A stretch of DNA of 64,000 bases from Anthoceros angustus (taxonomy: Eukaryota; Plantae; Anthocerotophyta): assembly GCA_010909165.1 (NCBI GenBank), contig VJWM01000107.1:558001-622000 (forward strand), read 5' to 3'. The notes under the pieces were generated by a model that saw only the letters and a program-made list of their open reading frames with translations, was not told the origin of the DNA and did no database searches. The position numbers and the translations under genes are program-made. Shown here piece by piece: positions 49,993-62,239 of this stretch (positions are counted from its first letter, which is position 1; each line of letters starts with the position of its first letter).

Positions 49993-51815
49993 ATGGCTGC
50001 CAAGGCGTTCTGCCCCGCGCAATATGTGTCCTTGTCGTCTGAGATCATCGCGCATGTTGGAGGAGGGAGCAGGACGAGCACGGAGTCTACCTCTAGGGTG
50101 TATTTTTCGGGCGTGCAGCGTGGGAGCGTGTCAGGGAGCGCCGTTTTCAAGGCGCACGTTAAGCAGGCCAAGTCTGCGGGTAGAGTGAGGAGGATTTCTA
50201 TCTCCTGTGTTTCGACTGCACCAAACGGGGCTCCGTCCACGGACGCGGCTACTAGCACTACACAAGGGGGTTCGGGGACAGGCGCTAACCCGAGTAAGGC
50301 AGCAGCAATTGGTGTTTTGTATGTTTTGTCTGCGCGTTTCTGGCTTTGCATGGTTTGGGGAGCTCACCATGCATGCATGCTGTTTGATTTGTGTCGAGGA
50401 ATGACTCACCGGTCTGTCACTCTCTTGCTTGCTGTTGTTGGTGTGTAGCTGATGCCGCGCTCATACTTATTAGGCATGGAGAGTCCCTGTGGAATCAGAA
50501 GAACCTCTTCACTGGATGTGTGGACGTTCCTCTCTCCAAGCAGGGAGTGGAAGAGGCTATTGAGGCTGGGAAGAGGATTTGTGATATCCCTGTTGATGTT
50601 ATTTTCACATCAGCGTTGATTCGGGCCCAGATGACAGCTATGCTGGCCATGACGCAGCATCGCAGGAAGAAGGTGAATTCTCTTAGGCTGTATTGGAGCA
50701 GATCCTCAAGTAGAGGTTGACCATGTTGACCATGGCGTGTATGAAGTTGTGCATTGGTCTTGGTCGGTTGCCTACGGTCTGTGCTAGATTTTTCAAAGCC
50801 CCTTTCGACCACAGGAGGGGTTTTTGACTGGTTCTTCATGCAGGTGCCTGTCATTTTGCACACGGAGAGTGACAGGGCAAAATCTTGGAGCGAGATTCAC
50901 AGCGCCGAAACTGAGCAACAATCTATCCCTGTTGTAACAGCCTGGGAGCTAAATGAGCGCATGTAAGTGAAAGCTCATGGGGGGCTTCATCTTGTTGAAC
51001 TGAGGGCAGGTGTTTGCTGTGTCTTGATTTCCTTCCTTGACCAAACATGTGTGGTGGGGATGTAGGTATGGCGAGCTGCAAGGCCTGAACAAGAAGGAGA
51101 CTGCAGACAAGTATGGACGAGACAAGGTCCAGGAGTGGCGGCGCAGCTATGACATCCCTCCTCCAAATGGCGAAAGCTTGGAGATGTGTGCTGAACGTGC
51201 TGTTGCATACTTCAAAGCAGAGGTCTTGTACCTTCTGAACTTCTTGAAGTTGGATCGTCCTTCGCTCCAGCTCCTCTTCAAGCAAGAAGTGCACTGCGGC
51301 TGATGCTTTATTTGCCCCACGTTCTCTGCAGATTGAACCTGAGCTTAGGGAGGGGAAGAACATACTGATAGCCGCACATGGGAACTCACTGAGATCTATT
51401 ATTATGTACTTGGATAAGCTCACCTCGCAGGAGGCAAGTCCCATCGTTCTACGAACCACAACTTGGCTGACAGGACTGTTAATTGAGGTACAGGGTCGTG
51501 CGAAGGTTAATTGTGCTGAATCTCAAAGCTAAGAAGTATCCATCCGATGGCAGGTTATTGCTTTGGAGCTCTCAACTGGAATTCCGATGCTTTACATTTT
51601 TAGAGACGGCAATTTCTTGAGGCGGGGAAGTCCGATAGGGCCTGATGCAACTGGGGTGTATGCCCTCACTCACGTAAGCTGATCTTGCTTCACGCCTCAT
51701 CTTTTGTCTCTTGAAGCGGGCCTAAGAGGTGCAGGGGTTGCTGAAAACGTCTTTCTTTGCTGTTTCGCAGGACTTAGCTGCCTACAGGGAACAACTCGAT
51801 AGAATGACACATTGA
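49993..51815 (+). CDS. gpmA: 2,3-bisphosphoglycerate-dependent phosphoglycerate mutase, plastid type; exons 49993-50311, 50449-50672, 50844-50962, 51066-51222, 51332-51433, 51554-51673, 51771-51815
   Basis: Ser/Ala/Arg-rich transit-peptide-like N-terminus, [33 protein letters not shown]; GC-AG intron at 51434. Confidence 0.95.
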
Positions 51816-52283
51816 TGAGCTGAAAATTTGTCGATCTCCAGGAGTGCACCAGGTGCTCTGCAAAGGTAGCGCTCCGAAAAATATTGTAACATCCGTAATT
51901 TAATTACCCAGTGCAGCCTTCCTTGGTTTGTTGTGGTAGTATCCTGGATCCAAACCCCTGGTTTTGTCTAGCCCACCATCTGGCCTTCCAATTTCCCGTA
52001 TCCTCTTTTGTCCTCCAATTGAGATCATGCAGAGCAGCAGTGCCCAGTTAGCATATATGTCAACCTCACCTGCTTACGCACGCTATCAGAGGAGAGATGG
52101 ATTAGGTATGGGGCCAGCTGGCGAGCATAGCCTATCGTTTCCTATAACTTCAGTTGAATCTGACACTCTTGAAGCCGAGAGTTGGGTCAAGTTAGATTAG
52201 TAGTGATATCTAAGGGATTATTAGTGGGTCAGGAAGGGAGGATCAATGCATCAAATTACACGGGCATAAAACTTATCGTGTGC

Positions 52284-53996
52284 GGATTTGTGATATCCCT
52301 GTTGATGTTATTTTCACATCAGCGTTGATTCGGGCCCAGATGACAGCTATGCTGGCCATGACGCAGCATCGCAGGAAGAAGGTGAATTCTCTTAGGCTGT
52401 ATTGGAGCAGATCCTCAAGTAGAGGTTGACCATGTTGACCATGGCGTGTATGAAGTTGTGCATTGGTCTTGGTCGGTTGCCTACGGTCTGTGCTAGATTT
52501 TTCAAAGCCCCTTTCGACCACAGGAGGGGTTTTTGACTGGTTCTTCATGCAGGTGCCTGTCATTTTGCACACGGAGAGTGACAGGGCAAAATCTTGGGCA
52601 GATTCACAGCGCCGAAACTGAGCAACAATCTATCCCTGTTGTAACAGCCTGGGAGCTAAATGAGCGCATGTAAGTGAAAGCTCATGGGGGCTTCATCTTG
52701 TTGAACTGAGGGCAGGTGTTTGCTGTGTCTTGATTTCCTTCCTTGACCAAACATGTGTGGTGGGGATGTAGGTATGGCGAGCTGCAAGGCCTGAACAAGA
52801 AGGAGACTGCAGACAAGTATGGACGAGACAAGGTCCAGGAGTGGCGGCGCAGCTATGACATCCCTCCTCCAAATGGCGAAAGCTTGGAGATGTGTGCTGA
52901 ACGTGCTGTTGCATACTTCAAAGCAGAGGTCTTGTACCTTCTGAACTTCTTGAAGTTGGATCGTCCTTCGCTCCAGCTCCTCTTCAAGCAAAGTGCACTG
53001 CGGCTGATGCTTTATTTGCCCCACGTTCTCTGCAGATTGAACCTGAGCTTAGGGAGGGAAGAACATACTGATAGCCGCACATGGGAACTCACTGAGATCT
53101 ATTATTATGTACTTGGATAAGCTCACCTCGCAGGAGGCAAGTCCCATCGTTCTACGAACCACAACTTGGCTGACAGGACTGTTAATTGAGGGTACGGGGT
53201 CGTGCGAAGGTTAATTGTGCTGAATCTCAAAGCTAAGAAGTATCCATCCGATGGCAGGTTATTGCTTTGGAGCTCTCAACTGGAATTCCGATGCTTTACA
53301 TTTTTAGAGACGGCAATTTCTTGAGGCGGGGAAGTCCGATAGGGCCTGATGCAACTGGGGTGTATGCCCTCACTCACGTAAGCTGATCTTGCTTCACGCC
53401 TCATCTTTTGTCTCTTGAAGCGGGCCTAAGAGGTGCAGGGGTTGCTGAAAACGTCTTTCTTTGCTGTTTCGCAGGACTTAGCTGCCTACAGGGAACAACT
53501 CGATAGAATGACACATTGATGAGCTGAAAATTTGTCGATCTCCAGGAGTGCACCAGGTGCTCTGCAAAGGTAGCGCTCCGAAAAATATTGTAACATCCGT
53601 AATTTAATTACCCAGTGCAGCCTTCCTTGGTTTGTTGTGGTAGTATCCTGGATCCAAACCCCTGGTTTTGTCTAGCCCACCATCTGGCCTTCCAATTTCC
53701 CGTATCCTCTTTTGTCCTCCAATTGAGATCATGCAGAGCAGCAGTGCCCAGTTAGCATATATGTCAACCTCACCTGCTTACGCACGCTATCAGAGGAGAG
53801 ATGGATTAGGTATGGGGCCAGCTGGCGAGCATAGCCTATCGTTTCCTATAACTTCAGTTGAATCTGACACTCTTGAAGCCGAGAGTTGGGTCAAGTTAGA
53901 TTAGTAGTGATATCTAAGGGATTATTAGTGGGTCAGGAAGGGAGGATCAATGCATCAAATTACACGGGCATAAAAACTTATCGTGTGCGGATTTGT
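52284..53996 (+). pseudogene. Tandem partial duplicate of the PGAM gene (copy of 50575-52291), lacking promoter, N-terminus and RHG motif
   Basis: Near-identical sequence; junction at the 8-bp microhomology GGATTTGT; frameshifting deletions near 52597. Confidence 0.9.
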
Positions 53997-54192
53997 AGGA
54001 GAGCATTAATCTGTTTATTGTTATGAGCAATTATCTCACGATTGTAATAGGAGTTGTAATAGCGGTAATTGTTTGCCAAAAAATTCCTTCCTCTAGGAAT
54101 TAGAACCTGCTGCTCGGGAAATGAAAACGCAAACGCCACTAAAAAGGTCAAACTCTTCGAAAAAAGTCACCTATCTAGTACCCTTCAGGCAT

Positions 54193-54546
54193 TCACTCCA
54201 ACACCTTCAAGTAGTCACTCCAACACCTTTAAGGTAAGTCACTCCAACACCTTTAAGGTAGTCACTCCAACACCTTTAAGGTAGTCACTCCAACATTTAA
54301 GGTAGTCACTCCAACACCTTTCAGGTAGTCACTCCAACACCTTTCAGGTGGTCACTCCAACACCTTTACGGTAGTCACTCCAACACCTTTAAGGTAGTCA
54401 CTCCAACACCTTTAAGATAGTCACTCCAATACCTTTAAGGTAGTCACTCCAACACCTTTAAGATAGTCACTCCAACGTTTTAAGGTAGTCACTCCAACAC
54501 CTTTAAGGTAGTCACTCCAACACCTTTAAGGCAGTCACTCCAATAC
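54193..54546. repeat. 23-bp minisatellite (GTAGTCACTCCAACACCTTTAAG), about 16 copies
   Basis: Head-to-tail units with no spacers. Confidence 0.95.
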
Positions 54547-54858
54547 TCTCCATCCTGGCACAACCAGCCCTGACCATTCTAGTAGCCCTGACCAGTCTTT
54601 CCCTTCAATCACATAGACCCTTCTCTCTCTAGGAATGAGCCTTAGAAACTCCTACTGTTGGGATAGGTTACTACGCCTAGAAACTCCTATCGTTTGCATA
54701 GGTTGCAATGCCTAGAAGTTGCTACACTTGGTTAGGTCTGCCAGACCTAGATATCATTTTGAATAGATCTATAAGGCCTAGAGCCAATGAGATATGTCAT
54801 ATGGAACAAATGTGATGAGGCTATGCTTCCTAATAATTGGTCCATGGCATATGGCTCT

Positions 54859-56591
54859 TCAATTTACTGATGTGCTATGATAAATTGGAGTTCTCGTTAT
54901 GTATACGATACTTAGAACTATTAAAAGTATACCAAACAGTACCTTAAAGCATAACAATATTGTACCTTGTTCGAACGATTTAACGATGTTCGAGAGAAGT
55001 ATTGTATTCATCCTTGTACCTCGTATTGTCTCCCCCTTGATCTGCTTGCGCTGGAGACAAAGACTCCTATTGACAACGAGCCAAAACACGCCTAGCATCG
55101 ACTCCGTTGAATGTGGAGGTGCTTGTTCCAAATCTTCCTCCCCCCAAGCGTCGACCGCAGAAACCTTCCCCGGAGTCGAGTAGGCTTGTCCCTCTTGAGA
55201 GTGGGAGTCCAACTGCTGAAGTATGTCATATGGCAAGGCATAACTCAAACGAAGTGCAAAGTTAGTGGTCAAAGGTGAAGCTTCGGAGAAGGCAGTAGCG
55301 GTAGTGCCTAAGACAAACGATGTGCCTTGCTTAGGGCAAGTGGTGAGAAGTCGACGAGATGGATCAAACATAAGACATTGGTGAGGAGCAAAGACGAAAG
55401 TGTAGCCAGCTTCGAGCGCCTGACCAATGGAAAAGATGTGTTGACGTAATTGAGGAACGTAGAGGACATTGTGGAACTTACGCACCTGAGCATTAGGCAA
55501 GCCAAGCGCTACTATACACGAGCCCATAACGGCGAGCTGGGAGTTGTCGCCAAGATGGACGTAGCTTGCAGATGGGCTCAGTTGGAAAGAGACAAACCAT
55601 TCTCTACGCCAAGTCATGTGTTGAGATGCAGCGGAGTCCACAATCCAAGCATCTGAATCCGAAGACATACGTAAACATGTTAGGAATAAGCAAGCTCCAT
55701 GGGAGACGCTGCTGGAGGAGGGTGACTCCTTCATATTCGCAAGCTGCTCAAACAATCACGTTGGTGATGCCCGGGTTGGTGGCAATAGAAACAATTTCCG
55801 AGATGATGCTTGTCATCCGGATTCATAGAAGGGTTGCCACCCGTGCCAGAGTATCCGCCGGGATATCTAGCTCGATTGGGGCCAAGCCTTCCGCGGTTGA
55901 AGAGAGCCATGCTTGCAGGAATGGTAGTGTTAACTACCTTCCTACACTACTCTTCGTGCTTGAAGAGAGCAATAGTCTCATCCAACGGCCTAGGGTTGGC
56001 CGTTTGGGTCATTACCAACACTGACCATGAAGGGGGCATGCTCTGTACCAGTTGCACAAAAGCATCATGGTCGGACACGATAGTGCCCGCCAACTCGACT
56101 GAATCCTTGAGGTTCATGAACTTGTTCACAAACTGCTCAACCAAGTCGGTCTCTGACATACGGAGGTTGTAGAACTCCCGTGTCAAATAACCCTTGTCAA
56201 CAGCATTGTCGAAAACATACTTCTTCTTCAAGATGTCCCAAACCTCCTTGGAGGTTGATAGATGTCGCACCACTCTCAATTGAGCATCCTTCGTATGAGG
56301 CATAATGTTTGCTCTAGCCCTCCAGCCTTTCGAGTCCCATTCGAACTTACTTCCGGTACCCGTAGTGGGCGTATGTATAACCATTCCACCCTTTGTAGCA
56401 GTAGACAAAGTAGCCGGCCTCGGCTCGATCCCATCCACAACGCTGAACAGGTCTTCTCGGAGGAGAAAGACCTCAATCTTACGACTCCATGAGGCACAAT
56501 TAGTACCACAAAAAAAATGGACCAGCTTACTTATAGAGTCGCTAGATGCCATTCTAGAGAAAAGGCCAATGAAATCAATAGTATCTAACAA
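54859..56591 (-). mobile_element. Truncated Ty1/copia element D: gag (55947-56591), zinc-knuckle remnant and protease; no integrase or RT
   Basis: SWSRKIEVFLLREDLFSVVDG, EVWDILKKKY, REFYNLRM gag motifs; WIVDSAASQHMT..LGDN..VLYVPQLR protease. LTRs not identified. Confidence 0.85.
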
Positions 56592-57349
56592 TAATGATAA
56601 TCACCTAAAGAAGATGGTATAATCCATGGATAGCAAATAATTCTAGATGATTGAGACTAATGAGAGAAATAGTATTCTATAGATGAACAAGTGAGAAGGT
56701 GGAGTAGACGGAGACGAAGTGTTAGAAGGGGTAGAGGTAAGAGAGAGAAGAGAGGTGAGAGAGAGGGGGCTCACGCCTCCCGCGCTCCCCCACTCCCCCA
56801 ACACCGGGTGATGAATTGGTGCGCCAATTAAGTGGCCACCGGTTCACTGCCGGTGACTAATTTTGACGCACATTTTGCCCCATGCAATCGCCAGCGGTGA
56901 TGAGCGTATGTGCACTGACACGCACGCCGGTTCGCGGATGCCCGGGCGCAAGCGCGAGAGGCGGTTGCTCCCCTCCCGCGGGCGCAGCGCGCATCTAGCC
57001 TCCGAGCTAGCGCACTTCTATAGCGCAGATAGAAAAGACTCAGATCTACAAAGAAACTATCATCAGATGGGTCGCCAGTGCTCACGCTCCGGATTGCAGG
57101 TGAATTAAGGGCTGATTGGTCTTCCGTCCATCCGTGAGTCAGGCATCCAGAACTTGGCATTTGCAGGCAATGTCGGTGCTGCAGCCGGGAATACTCGGTG
57201 ACGAGGGGATTCGAAGGGGAGCGAGAGGCTGCATATGTCGACTGTAATCGTATAAGAGGGATACAAGCACATCACGCGGAATATTGAGCAGCCAAAACGG
57301 CGCCGAGGAAAGCCCAAAAACTGGTCTACCCTGATCTCCACTCGATTGC

Positions 57350-60300
57350 GGTGTGGGCGAACTTTCACTGACGGACCAGCCGGGCGCACACTAAATCCCG
57401 TATCGTGTAGTACACGGTTCGATCCAAAGGGAATGGTTCGCACCGTCCGCTTATTAATTACCTACTCTGAGCTCCTAACTAATCTAGGCCGTTATCGTTA
57501 GCCGGACCTCGTCGCCGGACTTCCTCAACCACGAGGGTGTGCAGCGGACCGTGATCCCCTCCGATAGGCGCCCAAGGGCCCCGATCTGGGCCCTATGTGG
57601 TTCACGTATATGACCTACTACGGCGACCGCTTAGCGATGCGGGCTTCGTGCCAGAAACGATGCTCAAGGTGCAACCCGACCCTAGGGCCCAACGAATCGA
57701 AGAGGGGTACGAACCACCTTATGCAATGTCAACGGCCGGAGGTTGCAACCTCGGACCTAGCCGTACCACCGCCCAAACTCTCTACTATGCACTCTCTGCT
57801 CACCTCTCCCACTCATATTCTATATCAGGTTCTACCGTACAGGCCCGGTATCGCCGAACGTTTGGGCACTTCTCCTTCGTTCTTTCCTCTTCACTCGCTC
57901 ATGCACCTTCGTAGTCCGTCGTTGTATAGTCTCGCGCTTCGGTGAAATGTCGGGCTGCAAAACCTCCGCGTCCATGTCCACGCAGTCTGGCCAGTCCGGG
58001 CTCTTTGGGCCTTCCACTGGCTGTCCGGCTTCCCTTGTCCGCTCCGGTCCACTTGTCACCTGCGCCCTACTCTTGAGGAGCAAGGGTCAGGGTTCCTCAA
58101 CACCTGCAATCACCTCCACGCACTAGGGATTCGTCACCAGAACCTGGATAATCCTCTCCGGGGTAGTCCGCCCACTCGGTGACTCGGGCAACGTATTAGC
58201 ACTTGGCTCAGAAGTCTTCATGCCCTACTATCGACTACCTACACACGAGGGAGGGATACCAGGTCCTTACGTGTGGCAACCTACTCCTCTGCGCCCAGCC
58301 TGATTATCCTTGACCCCTGCCTTTTGACAGGGGCCCCGGTCTCACCTCGACCTTGATTGGACCTCACTCCTGGAGGTGCGCGCGCTGACAATTGCTGTCA
58401 CCACAAGGTCTTCCTCTGGTTCCGCTGACAGCAGCGCCGGATGTTAGGCATTTCCTCCCTACGACCCAGTGGGCCCTCGTCCACTAGTCCGGCTGGAGAA
58501 AGAACTGGAGTCCATTCGCTCTGAGTCCGCTGAGGCCGTTCGTCAGATGCCAATGGGTCTGTCCCTAACTCCGGAGGTCGGACCTCTGGGTCCGTCCCTA
58601 GCTCCGGAGGCCGGACCTCTAGGTCCGTCCCTAGCTCTGGAGGCCAGACCCCTGGGTCCGTCCCTTCCCCCTGGAGACGGACCTCACTACCCCCTACCAT
58701 GGGTCCTCCCCTTAGCTCCAGCTCCTTCCTCCTCGCCGGACCACTCCCTTCTGGGCTCTCCAACCCGAGTGCAGGGTCCGGAGAGCATACCTCGTGGTCA
58801 GCCGGAGCTGACGTTCTTGGTCCGGCTCAACCATCTGGGTGCCGCTCCTCCTCTGACGACTCTGCCTCGCCACTGCTCCCGTCCCCAAATAGGGCACCCA
58901 GGTTCCCTGTGACCGCATCCTCCCCCAGCCCTTCTTCTCGGCCTCCTTGACTTCTCTAGGGGCCCCTACACTCAGCAGTGATGCACCATGCTTACGGCCT
59001 TTAGGAGCTCCGAGTAGTAGGAGGCGAAGTCTGAATCCACTTGTTGGATGATTTCTTCCACATGGGCCCGCAAGACCCGGTACTCCCGCCTCCATTGATG
59101 CTCAGGTAGTCGGTGTGCTCTCCTGTTCGCTGGGCCATCTCGTCCCTTAGTCCTTCCAGCCGAGCCTTTAAATTGTGGCATCTCGGGAGGTCGTAAGGGA
59201 AGCCTCCATGAGCTCCTGGAGTCGGTGCTTCTCGCTGGCGCGCTCCCTCTCCCATTCCACTTTGAGGACCTCCAGTTGGGTCGTCAGGGCCTGTGGTCGA
59301 ACTTGAGCTGACGGACCAGCCGGGTGCATTCTAAATCCCGTATTGTGTAGTATAAGGTTTGATCCCAAGGGAATGGTCCGCACCGTCCACTTATTGATTA
59401 CCTACTCCGAGCTCCCAACTAATCTAGGCCGTTATCGTTAGTCGAACTCCGCCATCGGACTTTCCCGACCACGAGGGTGTGCAGCGAACCCAAATCCCCT
59501 TATGATCCGCTCCGATAGGCGTTCAAGCGCCTAGACCCATCGCGCAACATGATTCATGATCTGGTCCTATTACGACGACTGCTTAGCGACGCGAGCGTTG
59601 TGCCAGAAACGATGCTCGAGGTATCTCTCAACCCTTCCGACGAATCGAACAAAGGAATGAACCACCCTACGCAATGTCAATGGCCGGAGGTTGCAACCTC
59701 GGACCCAGCCGTACCACTGCCTGAATTCTCTACTTCGCAATCTCCGCTTACCTCTCCCACTCATATTCCATATCAGTTTCTACCGTACAAGCCCGGTATC
59801 GCCAAACATTTAAGGACTAGTTCACGTCCTCATGTCCGCCCTTTTGGGGCACTTCCGTTTCGTTCTTCTTTCATCGCTTGCTCATGCACCTCCGCAGTCC
59901 GTCGTTGTATGGGCTTGCGCCCCGATGAAATGTTGGGCAGCAGCACCTCCGCATCCACGTCCACCTGGTCCGACCAATTCGGGCTCTCCACACCTCCCGC
60001 TGGTCGTTCGGCTTCCCTTGTCCGCTCCGGTCCACTTGTCACCTATGCCCCGCTCTTGAGGAGGAAGGGTCGAGGTTCCTCATCAGCTGCAATCACCTCC
60101 ACGCATTAGGGGTTCGTCACCAGACCCTGGATAATCCTCTCCCGGGTAGTCCGCTCGCTCAGTGACTCGGGCAACGCATTACTACTTGGCTCACAAAAGT
60201 CCGCATGCTCAACACGGCATCAAACCCAAAAGAAAAATCGCATTACGAGGCGGCAACCTCCCTCTTATCGCTTCTAAGGCGGTGCCTTTATTAGAACTCA

Positions 60301-62050
60301 AGATTGGCCCCTCACTACCATGGGTCCTCCCCTTAGCTCCAGCTCCTTCCTCCTCGCGGACCACTCCCTTGGGCTCTCCAACCCGAGTGCGGTCCGGAGG
60401 CATACTCGTGGTCAGTTGGGGTGGCGTTCTTGGTCCGGCTCAACCATCTGGGTGCCGCTCCTCCTCTGACGACTCTGCCTCGCCACTGCTCCCGTCCCCA
60501 AATAGGGCACCCAGGTTCCCTGTGACCGCATCCTCCCCCAGCCCTTCTTCTCCGGCGGCCTCCTTCGACTTCTCTAGGGGCCCTACCGCCTCAACAGGCT
60601 GATGCACCATGCTTACGGCCTTTAGGAGCTCCGAGTAGTAGGAGGCGAAGTCTGAATCCACTTGTTGGATGATTTCTTCCACATGGGCCCGCAAGACCCG
60701 GTACTCCCGCCTCCATTGATGCTCAGGTGGTGGTGTGCTCTCACATTATTTGGGCCATCTCGTCCCTTAGTCCTTCCAGTAGGAGCCTTTAAATTGTGGC
60801 ATCTCGGAGGTCGTGAAGCCTCCATGAGCTCACAGGTCGGTGCTTCTCATGGCGCTCCCTCTCCCATTCCACTTTGAGGACCTCCAGTTGGGTCGTCGGG
60901 GCACGTGGTCGAACTTGGTGGACCGGACGGGTGCATTCTAAATCCGTATTGTGTAGTATAAGGTTTGATCCCAAGGGAATGGTCCGCATGTCCACTTATT
61001 GATTACCTACTCCAGGCTCCCAACTAATCTAGGCCGTTATCGTTAGTCGAACTCCGCCATCGGACTTTCCGACCACGGTGTGCGGTGAACCCAAATCCCT
61101 TATGATCCGCTCCGATAGGCGTTCAAGCGCCTAGACCCATCGCGCAACATGATTCATGATCTGGTCCTATTACGGCGGCTTAGCGGCGGCGTTGTGCCAG
61201 AAACGATGCTCGGTATCTCTCAACCCTTCCGACGAATCGAACAAAGGAATGAACCACCCTACGCAATGTCAATGGCGGAGGTTGCAACCTCGGACCAGTA
61301 GTACCGCACGAATTCTCTACTGCAATCTCCGCCTCTCCCACTCATATTCCATATCGGTTTCTACCGTACAAGCCGGTATCGCCAAACATTTAAGGACTAG
61401 TTCCGTCCTCATGTCCGCCTTTGGGGCACTTCCGTTTCGTTCTTCTTTCATCGCTTGCTCATGCACCTCCATGATCCGTCGTTGTATGGGCTTGCGCCGA
61501 TGAAATGTTGGGCAGCACCTCCGCATCCACGTCCACTGGTCCGACCAATTCGGGCTCTCCACACCTCCCGCTGGTCGTTCGGCTTCCCTTGTCCGCTCCG
61601 GTCCACTTGTCACCTATGCCCCGCTCTTGAGGAGGAAGGGTCGAGGTTCCTCATCAGCTGCAATCACCTCCACGCATTAGGGGTTCGTCACCAGACCCTG
61701 GATAATCCTCTCCCGGGTAGTCCGCTCGCTCAGTGACTCGGGCAACGCATTACTACTTGGCTCACAAAAGTCCGCATGCTCAACACGGCATCAAACCCAA
61801 AAGAAAAATCGCATTACAGGGGCGGCAACCTCCCTCTTATACTGCTTCTAAGGCAGTGCCTTTATTAGAACTCGAAGATTGGCCCTACTGCCAGCTACCT
61901 ACACACGCCGGAGGGATACCAAGTCCTTACGCGTGGCTACCTAGGTCTACGGCGAGTGGGCTGCTGTTGACCCCGGCTGACTTCCCCGTCTGGCAACCCA
62001 ATCCCCAACCCTAGCGCCGGAGGGGCGCCCAGCCTGATCCTTGACCCCTG
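57350..62050 (-). repeat. Triplicated module (about 57350-59300, 59300-60900, 60900-62050) with a degenerate coiled-coil ORF, probably transposon-derived
   Basis: Shared blocks such as CTAATCTAGGCCGTTATCGTTAG at about 57480, 59420 and 61025; the minus strand reads TQLEVLKVEWERE..LRAHVEEIIQQVDSDFASYYSELLKAV with frameshifts. Confidence 0.75.
58561..58685. repeat. 33-bp tandem repeat x3 (GGACCTCTGGGTCCGTCCCTAGCTCCGGAGGCC)
   Basis: Directly visible; VRPPELGTDPE repeats on the minus strand. Confidence 0.85.
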
Positions 62051-62239
62051 CCTTCCGGCTACGTTGATTTTCTTCTAGATTGTGAAAGGACCTACAAATG
62101 GCCTAGTAATGGCCGGAGAATTTCCTCCATTAGACATTACCCGTCCGGTTAGCTGACGTGGCCGCCACGCCAACAACTTGATGACGTGACAATCTTGATT
62201 TGGAACACCGGAGTGTAACATTCTAAATATCCAACTCGT

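Noticed and set aside
49374-50351. 325-aa minus-strand ORF
   Set aside because: Antisense to the PGAM 5' region and its introns; low-complexity, no domain.
54193-54546. CRISPR-like array
   Set aside because: Head-to-tail repeats with no unique spacers, no cas genes, eukaryotic context.
56885-56915. C/D-box pair (GTGATGA..CTGA)
   Set aside because: The boxes are only about 11 nt apart with no terminal stem; too short for a snoRNA.
57416-57425. GGTTCGATCC tRNA B-box
   Set aside because: No A-box or cloverleaf; the paralogous modules read GGTTTGATCC.
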